In this document: positions 1-13,583 of the stretch, piece after piece | Layout of the letters: each line of letters starts with the position of its first letter | How positions within the stretch are numbered: the stretch's first letter is position 1 | Source of the DNA: Haliotis rufescens | Taxonomy: Eukaryota | Reading direction: 5' to 3' | DNA: 64,000 nt | Assembly (NCBI RefSeq): GCF_023055435.1 | Contig: NW_025963813.1 | Span: forward strand, 6,882,001-6,946,000 | Made by a program: the position numbers and the translations under genes | Notes under the pieces: generated by a model | Databases searched by the model: none | Told to the model about the DNA's origin: nothing | Seen by the model: the letters and a program-made list of their open reading frames with translations, nothing else

Positions 1-133
1 ATAACCGTAGTTCGTCATAAGAATATATACAGCATACAAGCAGCAAATATACAGCAAATTGACGGGATCAAAACACATTTCATGTTATCCGTCAGTTCGT
101 TATAAGCGTGTTCGTTATACACGTAGTTTACTG
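1..133. mobile_element. Tc1/mariner-pogo-type MITE, right part (cut by window edge)
   Basis: Ends GTTCGTTATACACGTAGTTTACTG followed by TA; same family as 407-583, 7893-8065 and 25823-25996. Confidence 0.75.
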
Positions 134-406
134 TATATGAAAATACTGAAAAAGGACATATTTGTTGAAATAACCGAGTGATAGTATACATGCTGGAACA
201 AATATAATTGTGACGAAAGATAACTGAAGCGAAAAGATCCACAACAATTATGATGACATGGATTATGTGACAACACAAAAATAGTATCCGTTCAAATTGT
301 TTCTTTAAAACTGCGATACATATTCAAGGGGGAATGGTAATGATCTAATATTTCATCACACTTCGAGAACAGAACACCAGAAATTTTGTCATATCATTTC
401 ATATTA

Positions 407-583
407 CAGTAAAACTACAGTAATAACGAACACGCTTATAACGAACTGACGGATATAACGAACTTACTTTTTTGGTCCCGACTATTTGCTGTAGTTATGC
501 AGTATATATGCTTATAACGAACTACGGTTATAACGAACTAAAATTAGTAGTCCCTTTGAGTTCGTTATAACCGTACTTTACTG
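407..583. mobile_element. Tc1/mariner-pogo-type MITE (~175 bp)
   Basis: ~24-bp TIRs (consensus CAGTAAACTACGGTTATAACGAAC) flanked by TA on both sides. Confidence 0.85.
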
Positions 584-1137
584 TATATTGTATCGGTTGC
601 CAGAACAACATATCATATCAATATGATTTCTTACTATCAACATATCAACATATTAATTGCATGACGATCTAAATGCAGAAATATTAAATTTCAAACTAAA
701 AAGAAAAGAAATCAAATCTGATATGATATTATTTTTAAATCTTTACATGTAAAGAAAACTCCACTTGAGACAGGTGTATAAGGTATCAGGCTAAGAATAA
801 AATTCTGTCCGAAAAAAAACCACACAAAAAAACAAAACAACAGGCGCCATTTCTTATTAAAGTTATGATGATCCAACACAGAGCCCGCTGGACACAACGG
901 CATACCGAAAGTTACGTCAATAATTGCAATCGTGGACTACAGCGGGCACACTTCTGATATTATCGTACAGCAGAGTGATTAGTGGTAACGAGCACGCGTC
1001 AGTCATTAATTAATACAGCCATATTTCACCCGATTAATTCTGTTGCGATGACACACGTGTCTGTTTCGTTAATGATGGATATAGATCAATAGAAATACCT
1101 CACGCATGATTAACATTCCGTACATTTAACACACGGG

Positions 1138-1145
1138 TATATAAG
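1138..1145 (+). promoter_or_regulatory. Candidate TATA box of paralogue 1
   Basis: TATATAAG about 60 nt upstream of the ATG at 1206; position only, no TSS data. Confidence 0.45.
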
Positions 1146-1205
1146 CCTCACATGACCTGAACATGACCATTCCAACTTCGTGGTCTCTTGTACAACAACG
1201 GTGAA

Positions 1206-4200
1206 ATGGATTACAGATTCGCACTTGGTGAGTGAAATTGACTTGTTTGATTTGTTTTTTCGTAAAGAAAAACCCTTCACATGGACGAGTGGTACTGTGC
1301 TCTGCAGTCTATTACTATATCTCCAGACGAAATATTTCAACAGTTTTGATATTAAAGGGTAACTTTCATTAACAATTTTTCAATTAAACGTTTAATACCT
1401 ATATCAATCTTTTCTACTTTACCGACACTTTCAATAACAAAAAAACCTGCTGAAACAAACGTTAAGCATTAACATATCTGAACTTGACGAATTATATCTT
1501 CATTATAAACATACTTTGGAAAGAACAGTGGGAGACCTAAAATAGCTGAACTCTCTACAAATATGATATCTATATTTTGCGAACAATACGAAAAAGATAA
1601 ACATCCTAGTTTGGAGTTAGGGTGGCAAGAGTACAATGTGCTAAACCCATTTCTACGTGTAGTTGTTTGGCATATGACTAAATACAGTGTGGCTCAATAC
1701 CGATCCATTCACATTTCACGTGTGAAATTCATTTCGATCATATTGTTGCTGGAATATTGATAACTACAGCTTAAAACCAGAATAATTCACTCACCTTTTA
1801 CAGATGGGTACAATATACGAACCTATCTATGGCTGCCTCCGAAATATAGCCGAATTCATTCACTAATTCTCCACTTGCACCTCCAGCCCTCGTCCTCCTG
1901 GCCGTGACGACACAAGTCCGGGGCCAACAAAACCAACAGGCGACACAATGCCAGAGAACGTTCCTGGCAAGCGCGATGAGCTGTGTCCAGAACGGGTCCA
2001 TCAACTTTAACCACCTGACCTACATCACCAGCAATGGCACCTCCGGCCAAATGCCCCCCGAAGGAATACAACAGTTCCAGCTCCGAGCCTGCAAGTATGT
2101 GTGCTTTGACTACATCTCTTGCGTTTATCGGTGCCCCATCCAATGTTAGAACCGGCATATGTCGCATGTATAGGGAAACCCGTTAATCCGGACGGTACCG
2201 TTCCCAGTATAATCGTCCGAATAACGAATCTTCGGATTAACGAGTCTGTGTTAATGTCCAGTGTAGATATGAAGACGTTCCTCATAGTCATCGTCCGAAC
2301 AAACGGATCAGGAGTGATGAGATTTCACCGTATTAGAAATCCTCAACAGAAATCCTCCATGTATATGTTTTGAAAAAACATTATGATCCCATATTACCTT
2401 TCCTTAGAATGTTAGAGAAGTAATCTCCACTCCTGTGGCAAAGAATACACCGGTTCCATATTCCATATTCCTGTTTCCAGAATCTGTTTTCTATACTCTA
2501 ATACGGCTACAATAATGCAACAATGCTGCATGCAATGTTAGAAACTCTAACTCCAATAAGTCTTGAAGTCAGTAAAGAATGGGGGAGCATATGTAGGTCG
2601 GTGGCTAACGCGTTCGCTTGTCACGCAGAGGACCCGGGTTTAATTCCCCACCTGGGGACAATGTGTGATATCCCTTTACTGTGTTCCCTGCGGTGATGTG
2701 GCTGGCATAATGCTGGAGCATCACACCCTAATCACTCACTCAATAAACAATTCTTTCTTCTCGTAGCCTCCGTCCTCAGATTGACCAGTGTGGTCAGTTG
2801 GTTTCGTCAAGATTGGTCAACAGCTCACTCTGCATGAACGCCTTGGACAAACAACAGCTGATGCTCAAGGCCAAGAATATCTTTGGGGAATACGACAGGA
2901 TTTGTGCCCATCGTGAGTCTTACAAACTATTTTAAATCACTATTAAAAGACTTTCGGTGTTGAAACTCTACCTCCATTGAAGTACTTCCGTTATTTAGCA
3001 TGATTCAACATGAAAGCAAAACATCTCAATACATAAACAAAATTGTATAAGAAATGAATTTCAAATCACTTTATCTTCGTTAGGAAAATACAAGCAGAAT
3101 GTTAAAATGATCATCCATTTCAGCCTGCAGATACACGCTTCTGGATGAACTTCGTCAGTGCTTCAGTTACAATAACCTCGACCCAAGGACCTTCGTTGAT
3201 GGTGCATGGGGCCAGGGAGCAGTCATTGGTACAAATGAAGATCAGGTCTTCAAATTTTGCAAGTATGTACACTTACAATATCACTATACATTTTGAATGG
3301 ATTACGTTAATTAACACTTTCAACTGCAAAACATGATATTCCACCAAAGTATCACATTGACTTTATCCCAAAGAAAATTAACAAGCCATCTCATTCTAAA
3401 TGCATAAACTTCACTTTATTTCCCTCAACCGCAAAACCTTTTCACAAAAAAAATAAAGTTGCATAATTTAATTTGAATCATAAGAATAAACGTCATATCG
3501 TCAAACAATCATGACTGACGTTGACCTTCGCCTACATCTTTCTTCGACTGTTTCTTGCAGCAACCGACAGATGCTTATGCAGTGTATTCGTCAGAAGTCC
3601 CAGATGTGCCCCGATGCCGCCACTGTCTTCTATAGAATAGGAATGGACATCCTGTCAATGGAGAAGGGAATTGAGACGCTCTGCCAGGCACCAAGAGGTA
3701 ACAGTTGTTCAATTCTTTGTTCACAGTACAAAACATTGATAAACCAACTGAAATTTAATCTATAAGAATCAAGAGGTCGACCGATGAGTTTAATTACATC
3801 TAACAACCTTAAGATATTCTTGTAGGACAATAGTTCCTTAGTGTTTTCACAACGGTCAATGTCTTCTTGGACAAAAGCAGTGTAAACTCTTCGCTGAAGG
3901 GTTCAGGCTGTGTGATACTGCTACCAGCGCTTCACGTAGTGTAGTTCAGATCACATGTCTCTTTTAAGGTCTCTGATTTTATCTTATGATGTGTCGTTTC
4001 TGAATTATTCAACTGAAGCATTCCTCCTTCAGTTTACCTGGCCGGTATCGGGTGCTTCACCAGCCCCACCCCCGAGGTGAAGATGTGCCTCCAGGATGGA
4101 AGCATGAAGATGCAGAACATGAAGCTCCTCCTGCAACAGACCATGCAAGAACAGCAGTTCAAGATGCAGACCTGCACGTGCGTACCTGTCCACAGATGTA

Positions 4201-5084
4201 CCTCGGAGAATTAGTGCAATAATCCGTTATCTATTACTAAATTGGGGGGGCACATGTAACCAAGTCGTCTAGGGCACCGGTATTCACTTGTTGCGCCCCT
4301 TACGCGTGTCAGAATGCAATGATCATGGGTTCGAATACCAGATTCGATTATGTTTCTAGGTTTGTCAGCAACTTACCCCTGCTCTTAGGTTTCATCAAAG
4401 TGTGAAAAGTCTAAAACCTGCTACACCTCGGTATTTATTCCAACATGAAACTGACACGCTATTATAATGCATAGATTTGTTCGTATTAACTGGTCAGGGT
4501 TTAACAACCTTTTCTGGAGTCAGGTGGTATCTGTCAACTGTGCACGACCCTTTAGCAGTACATTCTGATACCATGGGACATCATTAGTTTGTAACACATC
4601 AGTCTATTCCTCCAGCTTTTTCAGTACATTTGTTCAAAAGATCCTGATTCCAATTCTTTAATTTTTGCAAACAATACAACTGTTTCATATTATTTCTGAA
4701 GTAAACTATATTGTTTCCACGGGATTTATCGAAATCCTCATCAATTGATAGAGATTATTTTGGCCCATTGATTGGGAAACTAACAAGAGTGTTGTTCGTT
4801 TTTCCAGCGTTCGTCTTCAGCAGGTGGACTGTGAGTTGGGCGCCTGGGCCCGCCGTCAGCACGACAGATGTGACAAAGCCGTCATTGGTCTGAGGAACGA
4901 ATTAGAATGCAAGATCCTCCCTAGTCTCTGTATGCAGACACACCCGCAACAGTACCAGAGACTCTGCAATCCAATGAACTTCCACCTGAACGAACGTGAG
5001 CAATACGCAAGCGCCGGAGTCGTCATGGTCACGTGGTCGACTCTCGCCATCTTGGTCATAGCTGGACTTTTCTCAACCGAGTGA
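1206..5084 (+). CDS. Paralogue 1: secreted, Cys-rich three-module protein with GPI-type C-terminus (357 aa, 7 coding exons)
   Basis: join(1206..1227,1887..2094,2767..2912,3124..3262,3561..3697,4033..4177,4808..5084); all introns GT-AG, phases 1,2,1,2,1,2; 1074 nt open frame. N-term MDYRFALALVLLAVTTQVRG|QQ is signal-peptide-like; C-term ...YASAGVVMVTWSTLAILVIAGLFSTE* is hydrophobic. Exons and Cys pattern align with the three downstream paralogues. Confidence 0.9.
2581..2742 (+). mobile_element. SINE family A, degenerate, intron 2 of paralogue 1
   Basis: Aligns to the young copies at 28865 and 51006; ACTC tail. Confidence 0.65.
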
Positions 5085-5406
5085 ATGGCTTTAAGTTCAA
5101 GTAAATCCACAAAATCTGGCCCGAAATCTGATAAAGTTGATCAGCGTTGACAGAAAAATGGAGTATGACGGCCATGAAGAATTTCATTCTCCTTTTATTT
5201 GGCATTACCACAATACAATCCGACAATCCAGGATCGCCAACCCATTGTTGTACATAGCTTCATGTCCCATCGATCTCCCAAGCTTTCATTTGCTTTCGTA
5301 AATCAAGAACATACAATAGTCTTGTACATTCCTAAATCCTATTTCAATTGATGCCGTGCATATGCAATACATGTAAATATGATTCCGTTAGTGTAGAACT
5401 ATTTTT

Positions 5407-5412
5407 AATAAA
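5407..5412 (+). terminator. Candidate polyadenylation signal, paralogue 1
   Basis: AATAAA about 320 nt after the stop, followed by T/GT-rich sequence. Confidence 0.55.
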
Positions 5413-7892
5413 AATATATTTTGTTCATAAACAAGTTGTTGGTCTTCAATTTCATTACAGTGGAAATCTTCGGAGTATATGGTTAAACAGTGATGCACGC
5501 ATCACCATAATCATATAAAACATACACGCAACCACATGGTCATAACCACAAAAATAGTGCAGTGTTTCAAACATTTCCTAATGAAACAAAAAACATGCTT
5601 GCATACCATATGAACAAACGTAAAGTCTTCATGTGTAGTCTCCTGGGTTACAGGTAAGCATCGTCTCACCTCTTGATTCAAGTTACTCAGAGGAATCAAT
5701 AGTGGCATCAGTTTGGAAAACTTCCGGATCTCAGCTATGAATTAAGTAAAAGTACAACTTCCGGATTTCACTAAAAGTGCTGTCAACTGGGATCCCACAA
5801 ACAATCTTACGTGTCTTTTCTGTTTTAGTCTCTGATGGTTATCTTAACCAGAGACATGTAACATTTTAAGTTGCTGAACAGAACAGTTAGCTACAAAAAA
5901 GCGGGTTAGAATACATTTATGATCTTTGTTAACGTTTCATTTTCTTGTGGTTAAAATGACAGCAAGTGCTTCTATGACACAGTATGTCTACTGATGACAC
6001 GTAATCAGTGTTTGTCCTTCCTTGACATGTCTGATACTTTATATAGCACTGCAGAGTGGTCTTCTCTTATACAATAACACACATACGAAAGAGCACCAAT
6101 CTTCTGTATTCTGATTACAAATACTGCGACATGATCATCAAACCCACTGCTGCCATTTCCGCAAATGTAACAAAATATGCACCATAGCGGCATCGTAACC
6201 TGGAATCATTACATGCATTCTACCAGGGAATAAACCCAGACATCGGAAGAATATAACATCACAGGATTTATTTATCTATTGAATACTATAAATATCAGAT
6301 GAATTGAGATATTTAGCCATTTCCCTTTTCGCGAACACCTGTTGTCATATTTTACATATTTTATGAGCGTAACAATACAAAATGGTTGATGTTGATGTTC
6401 AAGTGAACACTTGACTTGCCTTTGCGTGTGTTTGTGAGAAGTGCCACCGGAGTAGAAGGCGACACATGGCATCGTCACTGTTTTAAAGTGATTCATAAAT
6501 GCATGCTTTTAACATAGCCCGAATCATACAATAAATTCTGTTCTTGGCAGATATATTTTTCTTTTCGCGAACACAGGATGTTATGACTGATTTTCAGTGA
6601 TCCAATCATATATTATTTACCTATATTTTGCCTTTCGAGGGATAATCGATACTGGTAATTCTCTGGCTTTTAAGTTTAATATTATTATGATTGTGGAAGG
6701 GTTTTATCGACTCTATTTACACCAATAGCCAACAATCCAGCAACTGAACAAGGAAGTGAAAAGTCTTATCAATGAAGGTATGCAAGTGTTGACTTCCTGT
6801 TTTGAGGGACGGAGACAGATTATGGGCATATGGTCATCTGTATCAGTGTCAGCATCTACGTATCCAGGTGATGTGTCACACATTCTCTCCACACAATTTA
6901 CACACCAGTCAGCGATAGCCATGGGGCATTCATGTATGGGTATCACGTGGGGTATGGGTGAGAGCCCACAGCAATGACAACATTTATGTTGTGTTAATTC
7001 TACGCTTCGCTTATAATAAATTTAATCAAAGGCATAGATAGATAAAGATATGTACATACGTCTTTTATTTAATTCATAATCTGTATTTCCCTTATTTGTT
7101 ATAAAATAATTAGTATCTACAGGTATGGGAAGGATGCCATGGCGCCAAATTATGTATATATATTTCCCACAGTGCAACTTGTTCTCAAAAGATCGGATGC
7201 AAAATGACGTCATACCACTGCACAAAAAGTGATGACGTTTTCTGCTATTCTTGATAGTTACCTTAAGGCCATCACTAAATCACATTGATGAAGTAAGGTT
7301 TAGATGTTTATGCATTGCTCAAGACAGGAGGTACTCAAATGATGTACGCAAAATATTATCAGAATTACATTCCGTGCCCAATACACATTCAATAATTCTT
7401 TAAAATTAACATGTACGCAACCATTGCTCTCTTGGACCAGAATGATTTGATTCCGTATTTATAGCTTAGTATCGAAAGGTTTCGTGAGAAACTTCTAAAT
7501 GACCTCTAATTACCTTCAGGCGACAGCAAGGAGTGTTGTTGCACCCATGAGGCGGGGGAGACATCCATCCACCAAAACATGGACGAACAGAGCAACCATG
7601 TAAACAAAGACTTATTAGAAATACATTAAGATGGTTATATTGCTCAGTTTCCTGTGTCAGAAAATACTTATAAGAAAAAGTATATGTGTGGTAGACATTG
7701 GAAATAATTTAATTGTTTTCACTATCTTAAAAAATATTAACATGATCGGGATCCAAGTTTATTTTGATAATTCCTTGTTACTTCATGATTACGCAAAGAA
7801 GAAAACGAGCTAGTTTAAACAATTTAAGCAAACAGTGCTGTAATCTATCGTTGTTTTCATATAAAACATTTTTGATGCCATCCTTGATTCTA

Positions 7893-8065
7893 CAGTAAAC
7901 TACGGTTATAACGAACTCAAAGGAACCACTTATTTTAGTTCGTAATAACCGTTGTTTGTCATAAGCATAAATACAGCATATATACAACAAATGGCCGGGA
8001 CTAAAAAATAAGTTCATTATATCGGCCAGTTCGTTATCATCGTGTTCGTTATACGTAGTTATCTG
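7893..8065. mobile_element. Tc1/mariner-pogo-type MITE
   Basis: Same TIRs and TA flanks; opposite orientation to 407-583. Confidence 0.8.
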
Positions 8066-8664
8066 TAGTTTACAAAAATATTTTTACGTTTCTATGTCGT
8101 GATGTTTTTCGTTGTTTTTTCATGATAAGCAGCTGCGTAATGTATCATATTTGAAATATAAAGAAACCGACTGATAAAGAAGGTTAATTTATTTTGAAAA
8201 TCGGATTCGTTCAGAATTGGTCGCTTTTTTGCAGAGGATGACATCTATTTTGTTAATAAGTCTGAATTGATTGTGAAAATAATAATAATCTGGATTAGAT
8301 CAAAATGATTGATTGCGACATGTCAATTAATAGTAATATGAAATTATATTTCCCGTAATGTTTGAATGCAGAAAATTTCATGGTTAACGTTATGCATTGT
8401 ATTACATAGTTACTTATAATACATGTTACTCTGATTAGCATTTTGCAAAGTTCGATGCACCTGAAGTTGTCAGAAAATATATTTCAAATAATGTTCAAGT
8501 AAACTAATTGGTGTGATTTATTAAATCTGTAAATGCTACATAAGTTATCATATCCAGTTCTTATCACAAGTGTCGCCTTGCCTCAGGTCATCCCCAGTAC
8601 CCAGAAGTAATCAATTAGACTCATCAGCTGTCAACCCTCTCTCACGATTGACGTTCAGGATCAG

Positions 8665-8722
8665 TGACGTCATATTATGTTCTACTTTGATTGGTTGCCT
8701 CCGTTTTCATTCAATTACGTCA
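8665..8722 (+). promoter_or_regulatory. CRE/ATF-like sites upstream of paralogue 2
   Basis: Perfect TGACGTCA at 8665-8672, ATTGG near 8689 and TTACGTCA at 8715-8722, 110-165 nt before the ATG at 8831. Confidence 0.35.
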
Positions 8723-8830
8723 CATGCTGTTGGATTACACATTAAAATCTTTAAATGAAAGTATCTATGTTCTTTTAGTCCAGTGTTTCACAAGGGTTGG
8801 AAACGCCAATACTCCACAGGATACACCAAG

Positions 8831-11800
8831 ATGTTGGCAAAACTCATAACAGGTAAGCAGTGCTTGAACTTTAAGACTTACTGTTATTCAAATATTGTGA
8901 GTGGCGGAAGCTACCGGTAGAGGAGGACATGCTTACCTGTTCGACAAAAGTTTCTATGCGCTAAATTTTGTTTAAGTTGCATTTTCCAACCAGTGCATGC
9001 GTCGTTTCAAAAGTTTAATTTGAGTACAAGTACATTTTAACTTTCCACAAGGAACCTATGTTAATCACATGTAAATGACAGTATATTACAATGTGATAAC
9101 ATTATATCTTAATACATTAAGAAAGTATCCGTACAAAAAGTAGTTGATATACTCTATACAAAACTAGAACTGTATTTTACACTTATCCACCTTATGAATG
9201 TTTGTGAACCACCTATTTACGAATGCTCTAGGCTATATTACAGATAAATAGATCGAAAAAGAAAGATAAAATAACGCTGATGCGATGTCATTGGATTTTG
9301 TGGTCACATAATAAGGTCACATTCATCATCATCATACTACCAGCAATATATGCCTTGGTATCGGTTGTGTAAAAATTGTACAGACTATTTCCATGCGGCA
9401 TTTTCATTGACGTTTCTATTTCAACCAAATGTGCGACGTACATGAAAATGATAGTGATGCTTGAAGGTCATAGTGTCACACGTATACCGGAAGTGAAGGA
9501 CAGATTGTTGTAAATATTGCGTCCTGTCACGTGTTTCCACCATGAGCGTAGTGCCGGCAGAACCTGTTCACTAATAATCTTAATTACATTTTATATTATA
9601 AAAATCAAATTTTCAATTCACAATCACCACTTAGGTTGTGTTGTCATGACACTCTTCTCCATGGCAACCGCGCAGACCACTGGAATGACCACGTGCCAGC
9701 AAACGTTTCTGCAGCGGTTGTACGCCTGTGTCGGCAGCAGCAACATGGACGTGAACAACTTTCTCTGGTTGGTCACAAACAGAACCAATGGTCAAGCTCC
9801 AAACAACACTGATCCCAACACCTTCAAAAAACAGGCTTGTGGGTGAGTACTGGGGAACCATAATTATAATAATAATATTAAAAGCAAAACAATAATAATA
9901 ATAACATCCTGTTGCTTTCGCACACTCAAGAAGTTTGGACTTGAGTTGATATTCATGGATGGTCTCTGCGCCTCCCCCTAAGGCAAATACCATCTCCTTT
10001 TTGGATGGTTTGTATACCGGAGGGAGGCGGGCTGGGCTGCGGAGTTGACAGATGATTTTCTCCATTGCGTTCTGTAACCGAGTGTTAACCAGCTTCGGGG
10101 TGCGGGGCTGGGGGTGGGGGGTAGTCCTAACTGGGGGATGTCGCAATAAAGTCACGGCCACATATTCTTATGCTGTACCCGTCCTTGACACGAAGAATCA
10201 TGTCAAACAATCTTCCCTCAATCGCTTATAATTACCAATCATAATGGGAGGGTGTGGTTTGAAGACCCTGGAGGCTCTTCGTGATAGAATTGTATTTTGC
10301 ACTTTTGCACACATTTATTTGTCTGATGATCCTCTTTTGAAACATGTCAAGACTCATGATGAAAACAAGGCAGTCCACGGTTTTCTTAACCGAGCCAAGG
10401 ATGTGGGACATAATTTCAATGTCAATGTTGATTTTGTTGATGTTTCTGAAGTGCTGAGTGTCACCCAAGCGAAGGGCCATATCAAATCAGACCAGACTCA
10501 GTTTTTACAAGGAGAGGCTATCTGAACGAACACTACATCGAGTTTATGTGCAGTGTGTTGAGAAATTCATCAACCTTGCAGAGTCCCTCGCCTGGATGAA
10601 GTCCGGCTGGCCTATAAAAAGTAAAACAGAAGGCTTTCTGTTTGCTGTTCAAGACCAGTTACTTCCCGCTCGAAACCATCAATGTGTGATTTTGCATCAA
10701 AATTAAAACATGAAATGTAGATTATGCAATGAATTTAATGAGACTGTCCGACGCATTGTCAGTGGATGCCCAGCTTTGGTACAAACACAGTATCTTAAGC
10801 GACATGATGGAGTGGCTCGATTCTTATATTACCGTCTTCGCCATGCTTGTGGTTTCGACACAGAGGTCCATCCATGGTACGACCCAGAATATGTAGTGGT
10901 CATCATGGAAAATGATATAATTCTTTAGAATAGGCCCGTATACAGCCTCAGACCTATCCAGGCCAACAAACCTGATCTTGTCCTTTTTGATAAATCCAAC
11001 GAAAGAATTTATATAATTGAATTTACTGTTCTTTACGTCACTATTGTGATTGATGAGATTCATGAAAATCATGGCAAATGTGCGAACCTCGCTTTCGAAA
11101 TATCACGCTTACGTCCCAAGTACCAAGTTGTCCGACTCCCTATTGTTCTCGGTGCCTTAGGTTTGGCACCTCCCAATCTATTGTCTGACCACGGTCTGCT
11201 GCCATGAATACAGTCCTTCTGACAATTTGGGTAATGCAAGAAGCTGCAGTGTTGGGGAGTCTTCACATTCTCCGAAAGGTTCTGGGTTTGACTAGGCAGC
11301 GCTTCCTGTGGGAAGTCCCATTCGCCGACTCAGCTGCGTGTAGAGGGAGCAAGGGCCCTGAGCTGATGATGAGCCTAACCATCCTGACTGTGCCAGGATC
11401 ACCCAAATCCTCTTTGCTGCATTTAATTCTTTTAATCTGTAGAATAATAATATTATTATTGTGATTTTGTGGACTGACATCTGAAACGAGTAAACCAGTG
11501 GTCGATAATACAAAATATATTTAACAATAATAGTATATAAAGCAGCCATTGCCACACACGATAGCAATTCTTTTTTTGTTAAATCATTATTGGGTTTTAA
11601 CCCTTGTATCCAACAATCTGAATGTATGATATTTTTTTCAGTCAAGAAGAAGCCCTTGTCAAGTGTGGCATTGAGTTCATGAGGGAACTGATAAACGCCT
11701 CAATGTGCAATTCCAGCCCGACCCAGTCCGAGGACCAGCGCCCCCTCATTGACCGTCAGTTCCGGGCTTTGTTTGGATCATTTGATCAAATCTGTGCCCA

Positions 11801-13509
11801 TCGTAAGTGCCACATCCTTTGTATTGTTGACCTGAACAGCTCGCACCAGTGGCTGGTTGGAGTATGAGGCAGAAACTGCGTTGTTGTCTCCAGCATGTCT
11901 GGGGCGGTGGGGTAGCCTTGTGGTTAAAGCGTCCGCTCGTCACAGACCAGGGCCCTGTTGCACAAAGCGATCTTAGGGCTAAGATGATCGTAACTCCCAT
12001 ACTTTAACACAGGCCTACGGTAGTCGTAGGGCTAAGATCGCTTTGTGGAACAGGGCACTGGGTTGCATTCACTGCATAGGTACAATGAGTGAAGCCCATT
12101 TCTAAAGCGCTCTTCGCCGTGATATTGATGGAATAGTGTTAAAATAAACCGAGGTGTAAATTCATACTCATTATATCTAAAATCTGCATATCTGGGTTCA
12201 ATATATGTGAGTGAGTATGGTTTTACGCCGCCTTAAGGAATACTCCAGCTATGCCACCAGACATGGGCTTCACACACGTCCACTTGAAATAAAGGTGTTT
12301 TCGCATCGCAACCAGTCAATCGTGAAGGGATAGGTGTTTCTTGTGGGTCGTTTTGCTGGTTTAAGGATGCGTTGTCTTACATTTTAGTCAACTAATTTAA
12401 ATGTTAAACCGAGTCAGTTAAAACAGTCATTCATGATTTCATTGCATTGTCAATATACTGCTTAATTTTCTCTTTAGTTTTCCTCGTCATTTTTAAAAAT
12501 AACCGTAATGTAATAATTGAAAGACAAACACCAAGGACTATTGTAGCTCCTGTAATTCTGAGCAGGCATATGTTTCTACACAATGCATTTTTGGAACATT
12601 TATTTGGAAACATTTCTGCAAACTTTGGAAGTATTTCTGCAAACTATGGAAACACTTCTGCAAACTATGGAACTTTGAAATATTTTATGATCAATATTTC
12701 ACCTGACTTTCTTGCCAACCCGCAGCTTGTCGTCAAACACTGACTACAGACTTACGTAACTGCTACACTGAATCCAACCTCGACCCAGATCTTTTCCTGT
12801 CCAATTCCACAATGGGGCGTGGCGCCGTTATCGGGACGACAGATGACCAGGCTCAGACATTCTGCAAGTGAGTCACCCTTTTAAATAATAATCTGGAGGT
12901 CAAAGGCGTAATCACACAACGCAAGCACATTGATAACTAGGATTATCGAAATTGGTTCGAAAATATTTGGTCACGAGCATGTGTCTATGAATCTCTTTGA
13001 AATAGGCATGATACCAAGTGTTCGCGAATAGATGAGCGTATACACCCCAGCTGTGAAACCTACGAGCACGGTGTGGTGCTGACAAACCAAGACTAACAAT
13101 GAAGGCTAGCCTGTGATTCGAACTCAAGACCAGAAGACCAATTTCGCGTAAATTCACAAACGTAAGGACCTCCAGGCGACGCCACATTACAGAGGCGGGT
13201 GGCTTAGGACTTGATCGTGGTCGATAGTGCTGAAATATGTTTTAGGGTTCGGGGATTTTATCATAAGTCTCATTCCAGAAACAAGGACGCACTCGTCATG
13301 TGTATGAAAAAGAGGCGAGACGACTGTCCCGAGTCTCCCATCGTGCTGCGAGCTATTGGTCTGGACATTGACTCCATGGAGAAAGGTGTTGGAGTCTTGT
13401 GCAAGCATACTGATCGTAAGTAGAACCTTGGACCGAAACCACCGAGACAGGCCACGTCATAGACTGGTTGGAGTCTTGTTTCAAATAGGAATATGTAAAA
13501 TTACGACAC

Positions 13510-13583
<74 letters not shown>

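Noticed and set aside
1804-1866. ATG at 1804 as start of paralogue 1
   Set aside because: In-frame stop follows; exon 1206-1227 supplies the correct phase and a signal peptide like the paralogues.
9631-10161. 176-aa - strand ORF
   Set aside because: Antisense to exon 2 of paralogue 2 and crosses an AAT repeat and retrotransposon sequence; no recognisable protein.
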